Source: Deltaproteobacteria bacterium | GTDB taxonomy: Bacteria; Myxococcota_A; Polyangia; DRWM01; JAAZOP01 | Length of the DNA stretch: 64,000 nt | NCBI GenBank assembly: GCA_016218765.1 | Contig: JACRCZ010000056.1 | Span: 28,162-92,161 of the forward strand | Direction of reading: 5' to 3' | In this document: positions 1 through 11,100 of the stretch, piece by piece | Layout of the letters: the number at the start of each line of letters is the position of its first letter | Numbering within the stretch: the first letter of the stretch is position 1 | The notes under the pieces: model-generated | Told to the model about the DNA's origin: nothing | Seen by the model: only the letters and a program-made list of their open reading frames with translations | The model's database searches: none | Program-made: the position numbers and the translations under genes

Positions 1-2
1 GG

Positions 3-317
3 CCGGCGTACGAGACCGCCAACGACTACGTCCAGGTCTTCCTGCACGGTGGCGTCGAGGACAGCTACAACATGGCGGTGCAGGTGCTGCACTTCGACCA
101 GATGGCGCAGAGCGACGCCGACTGGCTGAACGGGTTCGGGCACGACGTCCTGGTCTGCGATCACGGCGGCGGCCACGCCGCGCCCGTCGCGGGTTTCGGC
201 GCAGACCAGATCGTCCGCTTCTTCGCCGACCACCCGCTGGGCACGATCGACTCGCCGTACGCGGCGGGGCTTCCCGCCGGACTGCCGTCCTACTGCGTCT
301 TCCAGGCCGGATCGTAG
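3..317 (+). CDS. C-terminal fragment of a probable alpha/beta-hydrolase (esterase/depolymerase-like); begins before the window
   Basis: Frame is open from base 3 (PAYETANDYVQVFLHGGVEDSYN...CDHGGGH...). The LHGGxxD and HGGGH segments resemble the catalytic Asp and His regions of alpha/beta hydrolases. Confidence 0.4.
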   Translation, partial: PAYETANDYVQVFLHGGVEDSYNMAVQVLHFDQMAQSDADWLNGFGHDVLVCDHGGGHAAPVAGFGADQIVRFFADHPLGTIDSPYAAGLPAGLPSYCVFQAGS

Positions 318-324
318 GTTCCGC

Positions 325-942
325 TCACGGCGTCGTCGCCGGGCACGCGCGCCCGGCCTTGCCGGCCTCGAAGGCGCGCACAACGGATTCCTGCGCCGAC
401 GCGGGCAGGCGCAGGCGGAACGCGGAGAGGAAGTGCCGGTCGTCGAACGGCAGGACGCCGGATGCCGCCAGGGCGCCAAGGACGACGACGTTCTGTCCCT
501 GCCGCGACCCGCACGCTTCGGCAATGCCGACGGAGTCCACGTCCACGACCCGCACGCAGGTCCGCCGCAGCTCGCCGAGGATGTCGACCACGGGCGGATA
601 CTTCGCGGCGCCGAACGCGACGCTCGGCGGCACCCACGGCCCGACGGCGACGATGGCCGTCGTCCGGGGCGAGCAGTAGCGGAAGGCCCGCAGGGCCTCC
701 AGGGGCTCGAACGCCACGAGCACATCGGCCTCGCCGTCGCCGACCTGCGGCCCGTGCGCGGGTCCGACGACCACGGTCGAGACCACCGATCCTCCGCGCT
801 GGCTCATCCCGTGGATCTCGCTGAGGACGACATCCAGGCCGGCTGCCATCGCCGCGTCGCCGAGCAGCAGCGAGGCGAACAGCGAGCCCTGGCCGCCGAC
901 GCCGCAGAACACGAACCGCAGCGGCTGCGCCGTCCCCGTCAT
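325..942 (-). CDS. iorB: Indolepyruvate:ferredoxin oxidoreductase beta subunit
   Basis: Motifs CGVGGQGSLFAS, SEIHGMSQRGGSVVS, ADVLVAFEPLEALR and NVVVLGAL. The ATG at 942 overlaps the iorA stop (ATGA). Confidence 0.9.
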   Translation of the reverse strand: MTGTAQPLRFVFCGVGGQGSLFASLLLGDAAMAAGLDVVLSEIHGMSQRGGSVVSTVVVGPAHGPQVGDGEADVLVAFEPLEALRAFRYCSPRTTAIVAVGPWVPPSVAFGAAKYPPVVDILGELRRTCVRVVDVDSVGIAEACGSRQGQNVVVLGALAASGVLPFDDRHFLSAFRLRLPASAQESVVRAFEAGKAGRACPATTP

Positions 943-3900
943 GCCCCACTCCCCCACGGGCCCGGGGCGATCGCTCCGTTCGGGCACATCTGGGCGCAGA
1001 CGCTGCAGCCGTTGCACGACGTCGCATCGATCGCCGCCTTGCCCTCGCGCACCACGATCGCCGGGCAGGCGAGCGTCTCCACGCACGCCAGGCAGTGCCC
1101 GCACATCCCGCACGCCAGGCAGCGCGCCGCCTCCGCCTGCGCATGGTCCTGAGCGTCTCCCTCCCACAACCGCCGCTCACGGACGACCCGCCCCGGCTCG
1201 GGCACCTGCCACGAATCGTCGGTCCGCACGGCCGGCAAGTCGAGCGGCGCGGCGGCGGCGCCGCGGAGAAACACATCGATGCCCCAGGCGGCACGCTTGC
1301 CGGCCGCGATGGCGTCGACCACCGTCCACGGCCCGCTCACGGCGTCGCCACCGGCGAAGACGCCGGCGCGCTTCGTCGCCAGGGTCGTCGCGTCGACCTC
1401 GATGCGACCCGCCGGGTCGACCGCAAGTCCCAGCGCTTCCGCCGGTCCCGGATGGCCTTCCTGTCCGACGGCGACCACGACGAGGTCCGCATCCAGCTCG
1501 AATTCCTCGCCGGGGACGGGCACCGGGCGCGCGCGTCCCGAGCCGTCCGGCTCGACCAACCGCATGCGTGCGCACCGCAACCCCGCGACCCGGTCGTCCC
1601 GCCGGAGCACCTCGACCGGTCCCGCCAGGAGCTCGAACCGCACGCCCTCGCGTTCGGCGGCCTCGCGTTCCCCGGGTTCGGCGGACATCTCGGCCGCGGT
1701 GCGCCGGTAGGCCACGACGACGGAGCCGGCCCCTTGGCGCCGCGCGGTGCGGGCGGCATCGATCGCGGCGTTCCCGCCGCCGACGACGACGACCCGCGCG
1801 CCGGGCAGGCGCCGCGGGTCCCACGTCGCGCCTCCGGGGAGCGGCGAGGCGTCCGCCGCCGCCGCGAGCAGGTCGAGCGAATCGACGACGCCCTCCCCTG
1901 CCTCGCCCGGCACGGCGAGCCGCCGCGTGCGTCCGGCGCCCGTCGCCAGGAACAGCGCGTCGAAGCGCTCGGGGCCGGCGAGCAGTGCCTGCGCGTCGAC
2001 GTCCCGGCCGAGCTCAGCGCCCATCCGCAGCGTGACGCCCATCCGCCGGATGACGTCGATCTCGCGGCGCAGCACCTCGCGCGGCAGGCGGTGCGCGGGG
2101 ATGGCCGAGGCCATCAATCCGCCCGGCTCGCGCGCCCGGTCGAACACCGTCACGTCGTGGCCCCGGAGCCGCAGCTCGTACGCGGCTTGCAGCCCCGCGG
2201 GACCGGCGCCCACGACGGCGACACGCTTGCCCGTCGGCGACACGGCGGCCGCGCGGGCCAGGAGGTAGTGCTTCTCCGGCGGATCGTCGCTCGCGGCGGC
2301 ATGACGCTTGAGCGCGAGGATGGCCAGAGGGTCGTCGAGCTTCGCGCGCACACAGGCGGTCTCGCAGGGGTGGTGGCAGACGTGCCCGAGCGTCCCCGGG
2401 AAGGCGACGCGCTCGCGAATCAGCTCCAGCGCGGCGCGCGGCCGGCCGGCCGCGACGTGGGTGACGTAGCCCATGGCGCAGATTCCCGCGGGGCACGCCG
2501 CGGTGCAGGGCGGCGTGGGGGGCACGGCGGGACGAGTGCGCGCCGCCGAGGATCCGAACAGCTCCAGGCGGCGGGCGGAGCGGAACACCTTCGTGGCGGC
2601 GTCGAGCGGCACGGAACAGGGGCTTCGATCCGCGGTGGTGCCGCAGGTGCAGCAGTCGCCGGCCGCGACCTCGAACGGCGCCTTCGCCACGGTCCCCGCC
2701 GGCGGCTCGGGGTGCAGCCGGCACGGGGCGCGGAACAGGACGACCGCGACGCCGTCGTGCGCGATGGCGCGGCGGAGGCCCTGCACGGCGCCGGCGGTGT
2801 CGAGCGGGTCGAGGATCTCGAGGTGGGTGACGCCGCAGGCGCGGACGAGGTCCTCGATCTTCGCGTGGCGGAAGGCGCGGCCGGCGCGCTGGGCGGTGCC
2901 CGGATGCGGCTGGTGGCCGGTCATGGCCGTGGTGAGGTTGTCGAGGATGACGACGACCTGGCGGTACCCGCCGTGGACGGCGTTGAGCAGGCCGGTGATG
3001 CCGGAGTGGAAGAACGTCGAGTCGCCGATGTAGGCGAAGACCGGCTGGTCGGTCTGGCGCGAGAGCGAGGAGGCCAGGTTGATCGCGCCGCCCATGCAGA
3101 TGAGGTGGTCGGCCTGGTGGAAGGGCGGGCCGTAGCCGAGGGTGTAGCACCCGATGTCGTTCTCGAAGATCGCGCGGTCGCCGGTCGCCACCTTGGCGGC
3201 GTAGAACGCGGCGCGGTGCACGCAGCCCGCGCAGAGCACGGGCGGCCGGGGGGGGACGGCGAGGGCAGGGCGTGCGGGAGGGGGAGGAGGCGTCCACGCC
3301 GCGCCCGTCAGGGCGGCCACGGCGCCGGTCATCAGCGCCGCGTTGAACTCTCCCGTGCGCGGCAGGTGGCCCGAACGCTTGCCCAGCACCTGGGGCCGGC
3401 GCCGCGCGCGGAACGCCGCCAGCTCGACCTCGTGTTCCAGGAACGGCTCCAGCTCCTCGGCCACGAGGATCCGCCGCTTCCAGCGCAGGAACCGGCCGAG
3501 CATCTTCTCCGGCACGGGCCAGGTCATCCCCAGGCGCAGGACGGCGACCTGCTCGGCGACGCCGAGCGCGGACAGCGCGTCGAGCGCGTAGGCGTGGGCG
3601 ATGCCCGAGGCGACGATGCCGACGGTGCCTTCGCCGGCGGCGACATTGAAGGGTGAACTTTCCGAGATGCGGGCCGCCCGCGCCATCGCCTCGAAGTGCC
3701 GCCGGCGATTGGCCGGCGCGTTGGCGGGCATGTTCACGAAGCGGCGCGGGTCCCGGACGATGGCGGCGGGCGGCGGACGGATGGGCAGGATGTCGCCCAG
3801 CGTCACCGCGCCGCGCATGTGGGCCAGCCGCGTCGTGATGCGCAGGATCACGGGCAGCCCGACCTCCTCCGAGATGTCGAAGGCCGCGCGCGCCATGCGC

Positions 3901-4349
3901 CGCGCGTCCTCGGGCGAGGCCGGCTCGAGCACCGGCACGTCGGCCAGGCGGCCGTAGTGCCTCGTGTCCTGCTCCGTCTGGCTGGAGTGCTGGGCGGGGT
4001 CGTCGGCCACGACCAGGACGAAGCCCCCGATCACGCCGACCGCACCCAGCGTCAGGAACGGGTCCGCCGCGACGTTGAGCCCGACCTGCTTCATCGCCGA
4101 CAACGCGCGTCGTCCGCCCCAGGCCGCGCCCGCGGCCACCTCGATGGCGACCTTCTCGTTGGTCGAGTACTCGAAGTGGTGTCCCCGCTCGGCCGCCGTC
4201 CGGGCGAGCGTCTCGGAGACTTCCGTCGAGGGCGTGCCGGGATACGACGCGACGACGGCCACGCCGGCCTCGATCGCGCCGCGCGCAATTGCCTCGTTGG
4301 CCAGCATCAGGCGACGTTCCCCCGCGGCCTGGTCGAGCAGCGGATGCAT
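939..4349 (-). CDS. iorA: Indolepyruvate oxidoreductase alpha subunit fused to a GltD-like FAD/NAD(P)H oxidoreductase module, with a C-terminal 2x[4Fe-4S] domain
   Basis: IorA motifs LANEAIARGA, YPGTPSTE, NEKVA, KQVGLNVAADP, CAGCVHR, DIGCY and GDSTFFHSG..LDNLTTAMTGHQ. These are followed by the GltD-type PCTAACP..VCHHPCETAC, two Rossmann motifs (GAGPAG, GGGNAA) and GDAVSGP, then CGHCLAC..CP and CNGCSVCAQMCP. Start taken at ATG 4349. Confidence 0.9.
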   Translation of the reverse strand: MHPLLDQAAGERRLMLANEAIARGAIEAGVAVVASYPGTPSTEVSETLARTAAERGHHFEYSTNEKVAIEVAAGAAWGGRRALSAMKQVGLNVAADPFLTLGAVGVIGGFVLVVADDPAQHSSQTEQDTRHYGRLADVPVLEPASPEDARRMARAAFDISEEVGLPVILRITTRLAHMRGAVTLGDILPIRPPPAAIVRDPRRFVNMPANAPANRRRHFEAMARAARISESSPFNVAAGEGTVGIVASGIAHAYALDALSALGVAEQVAVLRLGMTWPVPEKMLGRFLRWKRRILVAEELEPFLEHEVELAAFRARRRPQVLGKRSGHLPRTGEFNAALMTGAVAALTGAAWTPPPPPARPALAVPPRPPVLCAGCVHRAAFYAAKVATGDRAIFENDIGCYTLGYGPPFHQADHLICMGGAINLASSLSRQTDQPVFAYIGDSTFFHSGITGLLNAVHGGYRQVVVILDNLTTAMTGHQPHPGTAQRAGRAFRHAKIEDLVRACGVTHLEILDPLDTAGAVQGLRRAIAHDGVAVVLFRAPCRLHPEPPAGTVAKAPFEVAAGDCCTCGTTADRSPCSVPLDAATKVFRSARRLELFGSSAARTRPAVPPTPPCTAACPAGICAMGYVTHVAAGRPRAALELIRERVAFPGTLGHVCHHPCETACVRAKLDDPLAILALKRHAAASDDPPEKHYLLARAAAVSPTGKRVAVVGAGPAGLQAAYELRLRGHDVTVFDRAREPGGLMASAIPAHRLPREVLRREIDVIRRMGVTLRMGAELGRDVDAQALLAGPERFDALFLATGAGRTRRLAVPGEAGEGVVDSLDLLAAAADASPLPGGATWDPRRLPGARVVVVGGGNAAIDAARTARRQGAGSVVVAYRRTAAEMSAEPGEREAAEREGVRFELLAGPVEVLRRDDRVAGLRCARMRLVEPDGSGRARPVPVPGEEFELDADLVVVAVGQEGHPGPAEALGLAVDPAGRIEVDATTLATKRAGVFAGGDAVSGPWTVVDAIAAGKRAAWGIDVFLRGAAAAPLDLPAVRTDDSWQVPEPGRVVRERRLWEGDAQDHAQAEAARCLACGMCGHCLACVETLACPAIVVREGKAAIDATSCNGCSVCAQMCPNGAIAPGPWGSGA

Positions 4350-4407
4350 CCGGGGCCGAAGGTTGCCTACATCGGGCCGCAAGGCAAGGAAATTGGGTTG
4401 TCGGTTC

Positions 4408-5031
4408 CTACCGCGTGGACGAGAAGGCGTCCGTCTCGTCGAGGGGCATGGCGATCTGGCGGGGGGCGTCGGGCTCGAAGCAGCGGCGGCAACGCGCCTC
4501 GTACTTCCCCTCCGCCCCGACGACGATGCGCTCGTCGGAGGCGATGAGCCGCTGCGAGCGGTTGGCCGGGGCGCCGCAGCGCGCGCAGACGGCGAGGGTC
4601 TTGGTGACGTACTCCGCGACGGCCAGGAGCTGCGGCACGGGCTCGAAAGGGCGGCCGAGGTAGTCCTGGTCGAGGCCGGCGACGATCACGCGCTTGCCGA
4701 GGTTGGCGAGTTTTTCGCAGACGTCCGCCACGTCGCGCCCGAAGAACTGGATCTCGTCGATCGCCACGACCTCGGTGCGATCCGCGACGTGGGCCAGGAT
4801 CTCCTCCGCCTTGGCGACCATCTCCGCCGGGACGCTCATGTCGCTGTGGCTGACGATCTGGTCGCGGCGGTAGCGGTCGTCGAGCTGCGGCTTGAAGACC
4901 TGCACGCGCTGGCGGGCGATCTGCGCGCGGCGCACGCGGCGGATCAGCTCCTCGCTCTTCCCGCTGAACATGCTGCCGCAGATCACCTCGATCGACCCGA
5001 GCCCGCGCACGAATCCGTGGAAGTCCGACAT
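4408..5031 (-). CDS. tdk: Thymidine kinase
   Basis: P-loop [25 protein letters not shown], and Zn ligands CARC/CRRC. An AGGAGG RBS precedes ATG 5031. Confidence 0.95.
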   Translation of the reverse strand: MSDFHGFVRGLGSIEVICGSMFSGKSEELIRRVRRAQIARQRVQVFKPQLDDRYRRDQIVSHSDMSVPAEMVAKAEEILAHVADRTEVVAIDEIQFFGRDVADVCEKLANLGKRVIVAGLDQDYLGRPFEPVPQLLAVAEYVTKTLAVCARCGAPANRSQRLIASDERIVVGAEGKYEARCRRCFEPDAPRQIAMPLDETDAFSSTR

Positions 5032-5116
5032 CCCGTCGCCCCTCCTGGCCGGCAGGGCGAGCCTAGCGGATCGGGAGGGCGCGGAGAAGGGGGGGAGGGA
5101 GGACGCGGGGGGGAGG

Positions 5117-5166
5117 GAGGGCGCGGAGATCCGGCTTACCGCTGAGACGCTGAGGGCGCTGAGAGG
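5117..5166. repeat. Dispersed 50-bp periodic element, copy 1 (copy 2 at 36021-36070)
   Basis: gagggcgcggagatccggcttaccgctgagacgctgagggcgctgagagg aligns to 36021-36070 with about 2 substitutions and 2 single-base indels. Confidence 0.8.
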
Positions 5167-5201
5167 AACGCTGAGAGCACAAGGGGGTGGGGCTACCCAC
5201 G

Positions 5202-5249
5202 ACCGCTCCACCGCTCCACCGCTCCACCGCTCCACCGCTCTACCGCTCT
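5202..5249. repeat. Tandem octamer (ACCGCTCC)4(ACCGCTCT)2
   Basis: Read directly. The array contains the TAG stop (5240-5242) of the adjacent minus-strand gene. Confidence 0.9.
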
Positions 5250-6283
5250 GCCCACCCCGTCACGTCGCCCCATGGAGTCGGCAGGAGCACCCACAGGCCG
5301 GGTGGGGGACCGTCTTCGATGCGGTCGAGCCGCACGTCGGCGAAGCAGAATGCGACGACGTCGCCGTCCGGTCCTGTTCGCAGCTCGGTCCCGGCGCGGA
5401 GGGAGACCCGCTCGGACTCCTGCGCGTCGTCGCCCGCCGTCGAGGGCTCCGCTGACGCGGGCGGCGCAGAGTCGGCGACGGCCAAACGATCGGCGCGCAC
5501 CCACCCGCGCACGAGCAGAGTGGGAGAGGGATACAGCACCTCGCGCCAGCCGTCCTCTTCCGCCCCGAGGCTCTTGACCCGCACGTGCGCGTTTCCCTCG
5601 GGCCGCAGCACGGCCAGCACCGCCCCGTCCGGGCGGTCGTGAACGGTCGTTTCCGGCGCCGTCTCCAAGTCCGCGACCTCGAACGCCACGTTGAAATCGT
5701 GCCGTTCGTAGACGCGACCGACGCGCGTCTCGATCACCCATCCGTGGGCCCGCACGGCCGGCGTGTCCACGTCGAACAGCACCCAGCCGTCCTTGCGTTC
5801 GACGGCGACGCCCGGACCGCCCGGAACGAGCTGGACGCCTGGACCGTCGCCCGCGATCGGCTCGTCCGGGGCGGGGCAGAGCACGACCCGCTCGGTCGGC
5901 ACGGCCGCGAGGTCGTCGGGGCGGACCCACAGCGCGACGCGCATGCCTGCGCCCTCGACGACGACACGCACGGCCTCGGACCGCTCCTCGGCCACGAGCA
6001 TCTCGAGCGGAGGCGCCGGCGAGGCGTCGCCCGACGGTTCGCGCCACGGTTCGTCGAAGGACGGCTTCCACTCGCCCGCACGGCCGAGCACCGCCCGGCG
6101 CGGGTGTTCGGCGCTGAACCCGTCGTAGAGGGCGTGCGGATCGGGTCCGGACACGGCGAGCGAAACGTCCCGACCCGGTGGAACCGGGTCAACCGGAACG
6201 GCGCCATGACCCGCGGGACAGGCCGCGAGGAGCGGGGCCGTCGCCCCGAGCACCGCAACCCAAGTCGTCCAGCGTCCGCGCAC
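5240..6283 (-). CDS. Hypothetical lipoprotein, possibly with SH3-like beta modules
   Basis: GTG 6283 with a GGAGG RBS, signal peptide ending LLAAC, and recurring RAHGWV/LVRGWV/DVTGWA segments. Confidence 0.6.
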   Translation of the reverse strand: MRGRWTTWVAVLGATAPLLAACPAGHGAVPVDPVPPGRDVSLAVSGPDPHALYDGFSAEHPRRAVLGRAGEWKPSFDEPWREPSGDASPAPPLEMLVAEERSEAVRVVVEGAGMRVALWVRPDDLAAVPTERVVLCPAPDEPIAGDGPGVQLVPGGPGVAVERKDGWVLFDVDTPAVRAHGWVIETRVGRVYERHDFNVAFEVADLETAPETTVHDRPDGAVLAVLRPEGNAHVRVKSLGAEEDGWREVLYPSPTLLVRGWVRADRLAVADSAPPASAEPSTAGDDAQESERVSLRAGTELRTGPDGDVVAFCFADVRLDRIEDGPPPGLWVLLPTPWGDVTGWAER

Positions 6284-6430
6284 GCTCCGCCTCCCCAACC
6301 CGACGAGGGAACCGTAGGACCACCGGCGGTGCGAGGTCAACGCCGGCCGCCGCGCGCCCCCTGACCGAACCGCGGGCCTCGGGCCCGCGGCTGCTTCGTC
6401 GCCGCCGGCGCTGCACGCGGGCGTTCGATG

Positions 6431-6439
6431 TGCTAGCGT
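6431..6439 (+). promoter_or_regulatory. Extended -10 element (TG-c-TAGCGT) 6 nt before ATG 6446; probable leaderless transcript
   Basis: Motif spacing fits, and there is no Shine-Dalgarno before the ATG. Confidence 0.35.
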
Positions 6440-6445
6440 CCAGGC

Positions 6446-8167
6446 ATGCGCTTGTTGTCGTTCGCGGCCTTCGTCGCCTGGGGATGCGGACACGACTGGT
6501 CCGCCGCGGGCGACACGGGAACCGAGTCCGTTCCCGGCGATGCCGAAGACCTCGTCCCGGATGAGCCCGAAGCGGACGGGGATGCGGATGCGGACGACGA
6601 CGACGCGGCACCGACCGACGATGGGGCGCCCGACGGCGACGAGTGGGGGACGGAGTTTGACGGCGACGACGACGGCGGGGACGACGTCGACGGCGGGCAC
6701 GAGTGCGCGGTCGACTCCGACTGCGACGATGGCGACCCCTGTACGCTCGACCGTTGCGACGCGGACGCCCGGTGCGGGAACTTCGCGCAACCGGACGACA
6801 CCTCCTGCGGGACCGACTCGATCTGTTGCGCCGGGGCCTGCGTCGGTGCGCTCGACCCGGCCCACTGTCTGACCTGCGACCGGACCTGCTCGCCAGGTCC
6901 GCACGGCGCCGCGCTTTGCCTCCCGTCGGGATGCGGCCTGTCCTGCGAGCCCGGGTGGGGCCACTGCAACGCCGACTTCGTCGACGGCTGCGAGACCGCA
7001 CTGGCGGACGACGAATCGCACTGCGGCGGCTGCGGCACGGGCTGCTCCGAGGGGGAATCGTGCGTCGCCTCGGACTGCGTCGCGAGCTGGCAGCCGGTGA
7101 CCGACGCCGGCGCGCCGACGGCGCGACGCCACCACCGCGCGAGCTGGACGGGGACCGAGATGATCGTCTGGGGCGGGACGTCGGGGAGCGCGCTGCGCGA
7201 CGGCGGGCGCTACCGGCCGGCGGACGGCACGTGGACGACGATGGCGGCGGCGCCCGGGGCGATGGACGCGCGCTACCGACATGTCCAGGAGTGGACCGGA
7301 ACCGGGATGATCGTCTGGGGCGGTACGCGCAGCGGCGGTCTGGGCCTCGCTGCCGACGGCGGCGGCCTGTACGACCCGACCGGCAACACCTGGGCGATCA
7401 TCGACTCCGGCACCATCGAACGCTCCGATCCGACTTCCGTCTGGACCGGCACCGAGATGCTCGTCTGGGGCGGGCTGGTTTCCTGGCCGACGGCGGTGCG
7501 CGACGACGGCGTGCGCTACGACCCCGCGACCGACAACTGGGAGGTACTTCCGCCGATGAGCTGGAGCAGCCCCCGCTGGTCGGCCGTTGCGGTCTGGACG
7601 GGGACGACGATGCTGGTCTGGGGCGGTTGGCGGCAGACGACGGGGACCCCCAGCGCCACGGGCGATCGGTTCGATCCGGCGACCGGCGCGTGGCGGGCGA
7701 TGTCCACGACCGGCGCGCCCGCCGCGCGGGGGGCCGCCACGGCGGTGTGGACGGGGAGCGAGTTGCTCGTCTGGGGCGGCGCGACCAGCGATGCCGTGGG
7801 CTCCGCGCCGTCGGGCAGCCTGGGCGACGGCGGCGCGTACGATCCGGCGGCAGATACGTGGCGGGCCATCTCCCCCATCGGAGCGCCGAGCGCCCGGCAC
7901 CATTATTCGGCCGTGTGGACCGGCACTCGGATGATCGTCTGGGGCGGACAGCTCGCCAACGGCGATCCGGCCCTGGGTGACGGCGCCGCGTACGACCCCG
8001 CGACCGACACGTGGACGCCGATCACGATGTTCGGAGCGCCGGCCGCCCGTCGCGGACACACGGCGATCTGGACGGGCACGGAGATGGTCGTCTGGGGCGG
8101 CTCCACCGTCACGGGAAGCACGACCGTCCATTTCCGGGACGGGGGGCGCTTCACGCCGCGCGAGTAG
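6446..8167 (+). CDS. Lipoprotein with acidic linker, Cys-rich repeats and a 7-bladed Kelch-like beta-propeller
   Basis: Lipobox AWGC, CDDGDPCT-type Cys repeats, and seven copies of WTGxxMxVWGG followed by G..YDPATDxW. Confidence 0.8.
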   Translation: MRLLSFAAFVAWGCGHDWSAAGDTGTESVPGDAEDLVPDEPEADGDADADDDDAAPTDDGAPDGDEWGTEFDGDDDGGDDVDGGHECAVDSDCDDGDPCTLDRCDADARCGNFAQPDDTSCGTDSICCAGACVGALDPAHCLTCDRTCSPGPHGAALCLPSGCGLSCEPGWGHCNADFVDGCETALADDESHCGGCGTGCSEGESCVASDCVASWQPVTDAGAPTARRHHRASWTGTEMIVWGGTSGSALRDGGRYRPADGTWTTMAAAPGAMDARYRHVQEWTGTGMIVWGGTRSGGLGLAADGGGLYDPTGNTWAIIDSGTIERSDPTSVWTGTEMLVWGGLVSWPTAVRDDGVRYDPATDNWEVLPPMSWSSPRWSAVAVWTGTTMLVWGGWRQTTGTPSATGDRFDPATGAWRAMSTTGAPAARGAATAVWTGSELLVWGGATSDAVGSAPSGSLGDGGAYDPAADTWRAISPIGAPSARHHYSAVWTGTRMIVWGGQLANGDPALGDGAAYDPATDTWTPITMFGAPAARRGHTAIWTGTEMVVWGGSTVTGSTTVHFRDGGRFTPRE

Positions 8168-8197
8168 GTGCCCTTCCCCCGACGGTTCCGGTCCCCG

Positions 8198-11100
8198 CTA
8201 GCCCAGATACCCCCGCCTAGCCAAACCGAAGGGCAATGGCACCGAAGGGACGGAGGCGGGCGCGGCGGAGGAGGGATCCACTTCCATCATCGCCCATGCG
8301 GTCGCGACGGAGTCGTCGAGGACGTAGCGGGCGGTGAGGGTGCGGCCGCCGATGCTGGCGCGGTGGGCCTCGGCCTCGCCGACCAGCTCGACCGTCGCCT
8401 CGCCTTCGTGCATCCCGACCACACGCACGTCGCGCGGGTCGACGGCCATGCCAACCCCCAGGGCCTTCGTGACCGCCTCCTTCAGCGTCCACAACACGGT
8501 CGCGCCGTCGCCGTTGAGCCCGACCGCGCCGGCCAACCGCGCCTCGTCGTCCGTCAACACGTGACGCACGAACGCCTCGTCCCGCGGCTCCACACGCTCG
8601 ACGTCGACTCCCACGCGGGTGCCGGAATTCCGCGGCGCCAGCACCGCGATCGCCCTCCCCGCCCCGTGCGAGATGGCCAGGAGCGGCAAGAGGTGCTCCA
8701 GGTCCGTGCGACCCGCAACGCGCACCACCGGCGCGCCGCGGGGATCCGCCGCCACGCCGATGTCCTTGTCCCGGATCGCCGCGCCCTCCGTTTCCAGCAG
8801 GAACGCCGACACCAGACGCTTGGCGGCGACTCGCCCGCCCAGCCAGTCGACGCGGCGCTTGCGCGACCCGATCTGCCGGAACAACGTCGCCTCGGCCGGC
8901 CCCAGCACCGCCGCGGCCACCACGTCCGCACTCGCCGCCAGCACGTCCAACCGCACGTCGACGCTCTCGGGCGAATCGAGGAACGACGCCGTCGCCGGCC
9001 GCGCCCCGGCCAACGGACCGGTCTCGATCAACGCCACGTCGCGCAGCCGCTCGAACACCGCGCCGTCCTCCCCGAGCAGCTCGACGTCGAAGACGTGCAC
9101 GCGCGCGCCGGTTCCGGCGGCGGTCGTTCCTTCCTTGGCCCGCACGCGGACCACGATCTCCCGGCCGGGCGCCGGCGTGTCGAGACGTTCCGCGCGGCCG
9201 ATCCCGTGCGGCAACGCATTCACGCCGTGACGGCACATCGTCCAGAGCCCGGCGGCCTGCAACCCGATCTCGCGCAGGCGCGGCCCGCAGAGGTCCCCGA
9301 ACGTCGCATCGGCCGCCGACGGCGGAATCACCGCCCGCGCGACGAGCCCCTCCGGACCCACGCCCGTCGCCGCTGTCAGCACCCGGAAGCTCGGACCGTG
9401 GAAGAAGTGCCGGTAGATCTCCGGCGCTTCGGGCCCGCGCGCTTCCAGCAGCCGCAGTTGGCCCAGCGGCCCCAGCGTCGGGTCCCCCTTGGCGCTCCTT
9501 TGCGTTCTTGGCGCACTTTGCGCGAAATCCCTTCCCCCGTCGGACATCGCCGCGGCCTTCGCCCGGAAGTGCACCGCCTCCAGGGGTCGTCCCGTCGCCG
9601 CGGTCGAGCGCGACTCGAGCACGCACTCCACGCCGTCCGCTCCGCGCTTCGCCCGCGCGACGACCGTCACCGGCCGCCCCGGATGGGCGCGAACGGGGCG
9701 CTCGAAGGACACGTCCTCGATCGCCACGTTGCCCGCGCCAAGAACGCGGCGAGCGGCCTGGGTCATCAACTCCAGCCCGACGACGCCCGGGAGGACCGGG
9801 ATGCCCTCGATCACGTGATCGAAGAGGAAGGACTGCCGTTCGGGATCGAGGACCAGCGAAACCTCGGCCTCATCGACGGGGGCCGCGAGTCCGATGCCGC
9901 CTTCGCGGAGTTCGGCGGCAGAACCGTCGAACGACTTCGGGGCCGGAAGCGAAGGAACCATGACCGCGGGCGCAGCCGCGACGCTCGCCGCCTCGCCGGC
10001 GATACGGGGTTTCGCGAGCGCGCCGAGCTTCCCGCAGACGACGACCTCGCCGATGGCGCCGCGGTCGATGAGGTCAGCGGCGAGGGGCACGCCGATCTCC
10101 GGCGGCAGGAGGTCGACGCCGCGCTCGACGAGGATGGTGCGCATGCCGCCCGCGACGGCCATGCCGATGCCGTCCCAGCCGGTCCAATCGATGGCCAGCG
10201 CGCGCGTCGCCGGGTCGTTCGAGGTGATCTCCCACGCCAGGCGCGCGACGGTCTCGTTGGCCGCGGAGTAGTCGATCTGGCCTTCGTTGCCGAAGCGCCC
10301 GGCGACCGAGCCGAAGACCGTGAAGAACGCGGGGCGGTCGTCGCGCACCAGGGCCCACAGGTGCAGGGCGCCCAGCGCCTTGCCGCGAAAGACGCGGTCG
10401 AAGCCGGCCGCGGTCTTCGAGGCCAGGGGCCGGCTCTCCTCGACCCCGGCGCCGTGGACGACGCCGCCGATGCGGCCGAAGCGCTTCCGCACGCCGTCGA
10501 GCGCCCGCGCCACCGCGTCGCGATCCGAGAGATCGCACGACTCGTAGTGGACCTCGGATCCCGCCGCGCGGTAGGCGGTCAGCGCGGTCGCGGCGCCCTT
10601 CGCCCGGCGCAGCGGGACCAACTCGGCGTCGACGCGCGCCGGCGTCACGCGCTCGCCCATCGCCGTCAGGCGCTGCCGGATCGCGGCCCGCTCGGCCTCC
10701 AGATCCAGGTTCTCGGCGCCTTCGGGCGGCCGCGCCACGATGTCGAGCACCGCCAGGCGGCAGCGGTGCCGCCGCGCCAGCTCCGCGCCGATCGCCGCGG
10801 TGATGCCGCCGGCGCCGCCGGTGAGCACGACGACCGATTCGGGACCGAGGTCGGGCGAGCCGGCCGACGGGACCTCGCGCGCCAGCGCCGGCGAGCGCCT
10901 GCCGCCCGCTACCCCGACCTCGACCATGCCGTCCGCCGTCGCGGCCTCGGCCAGAATCGCCCCGACGACATCCGCGGCGCCGTTCAGCGGCGACACGTCG
11001 ACAGCCTTCACGACCGCCTGCGCCCACTCGCGCGCCACGGCCTTGGTGGCGCCGGTGAGCGCGGCGCCCAGCGTCGAGCCGGCCGGAGCGGTGCCGATGC

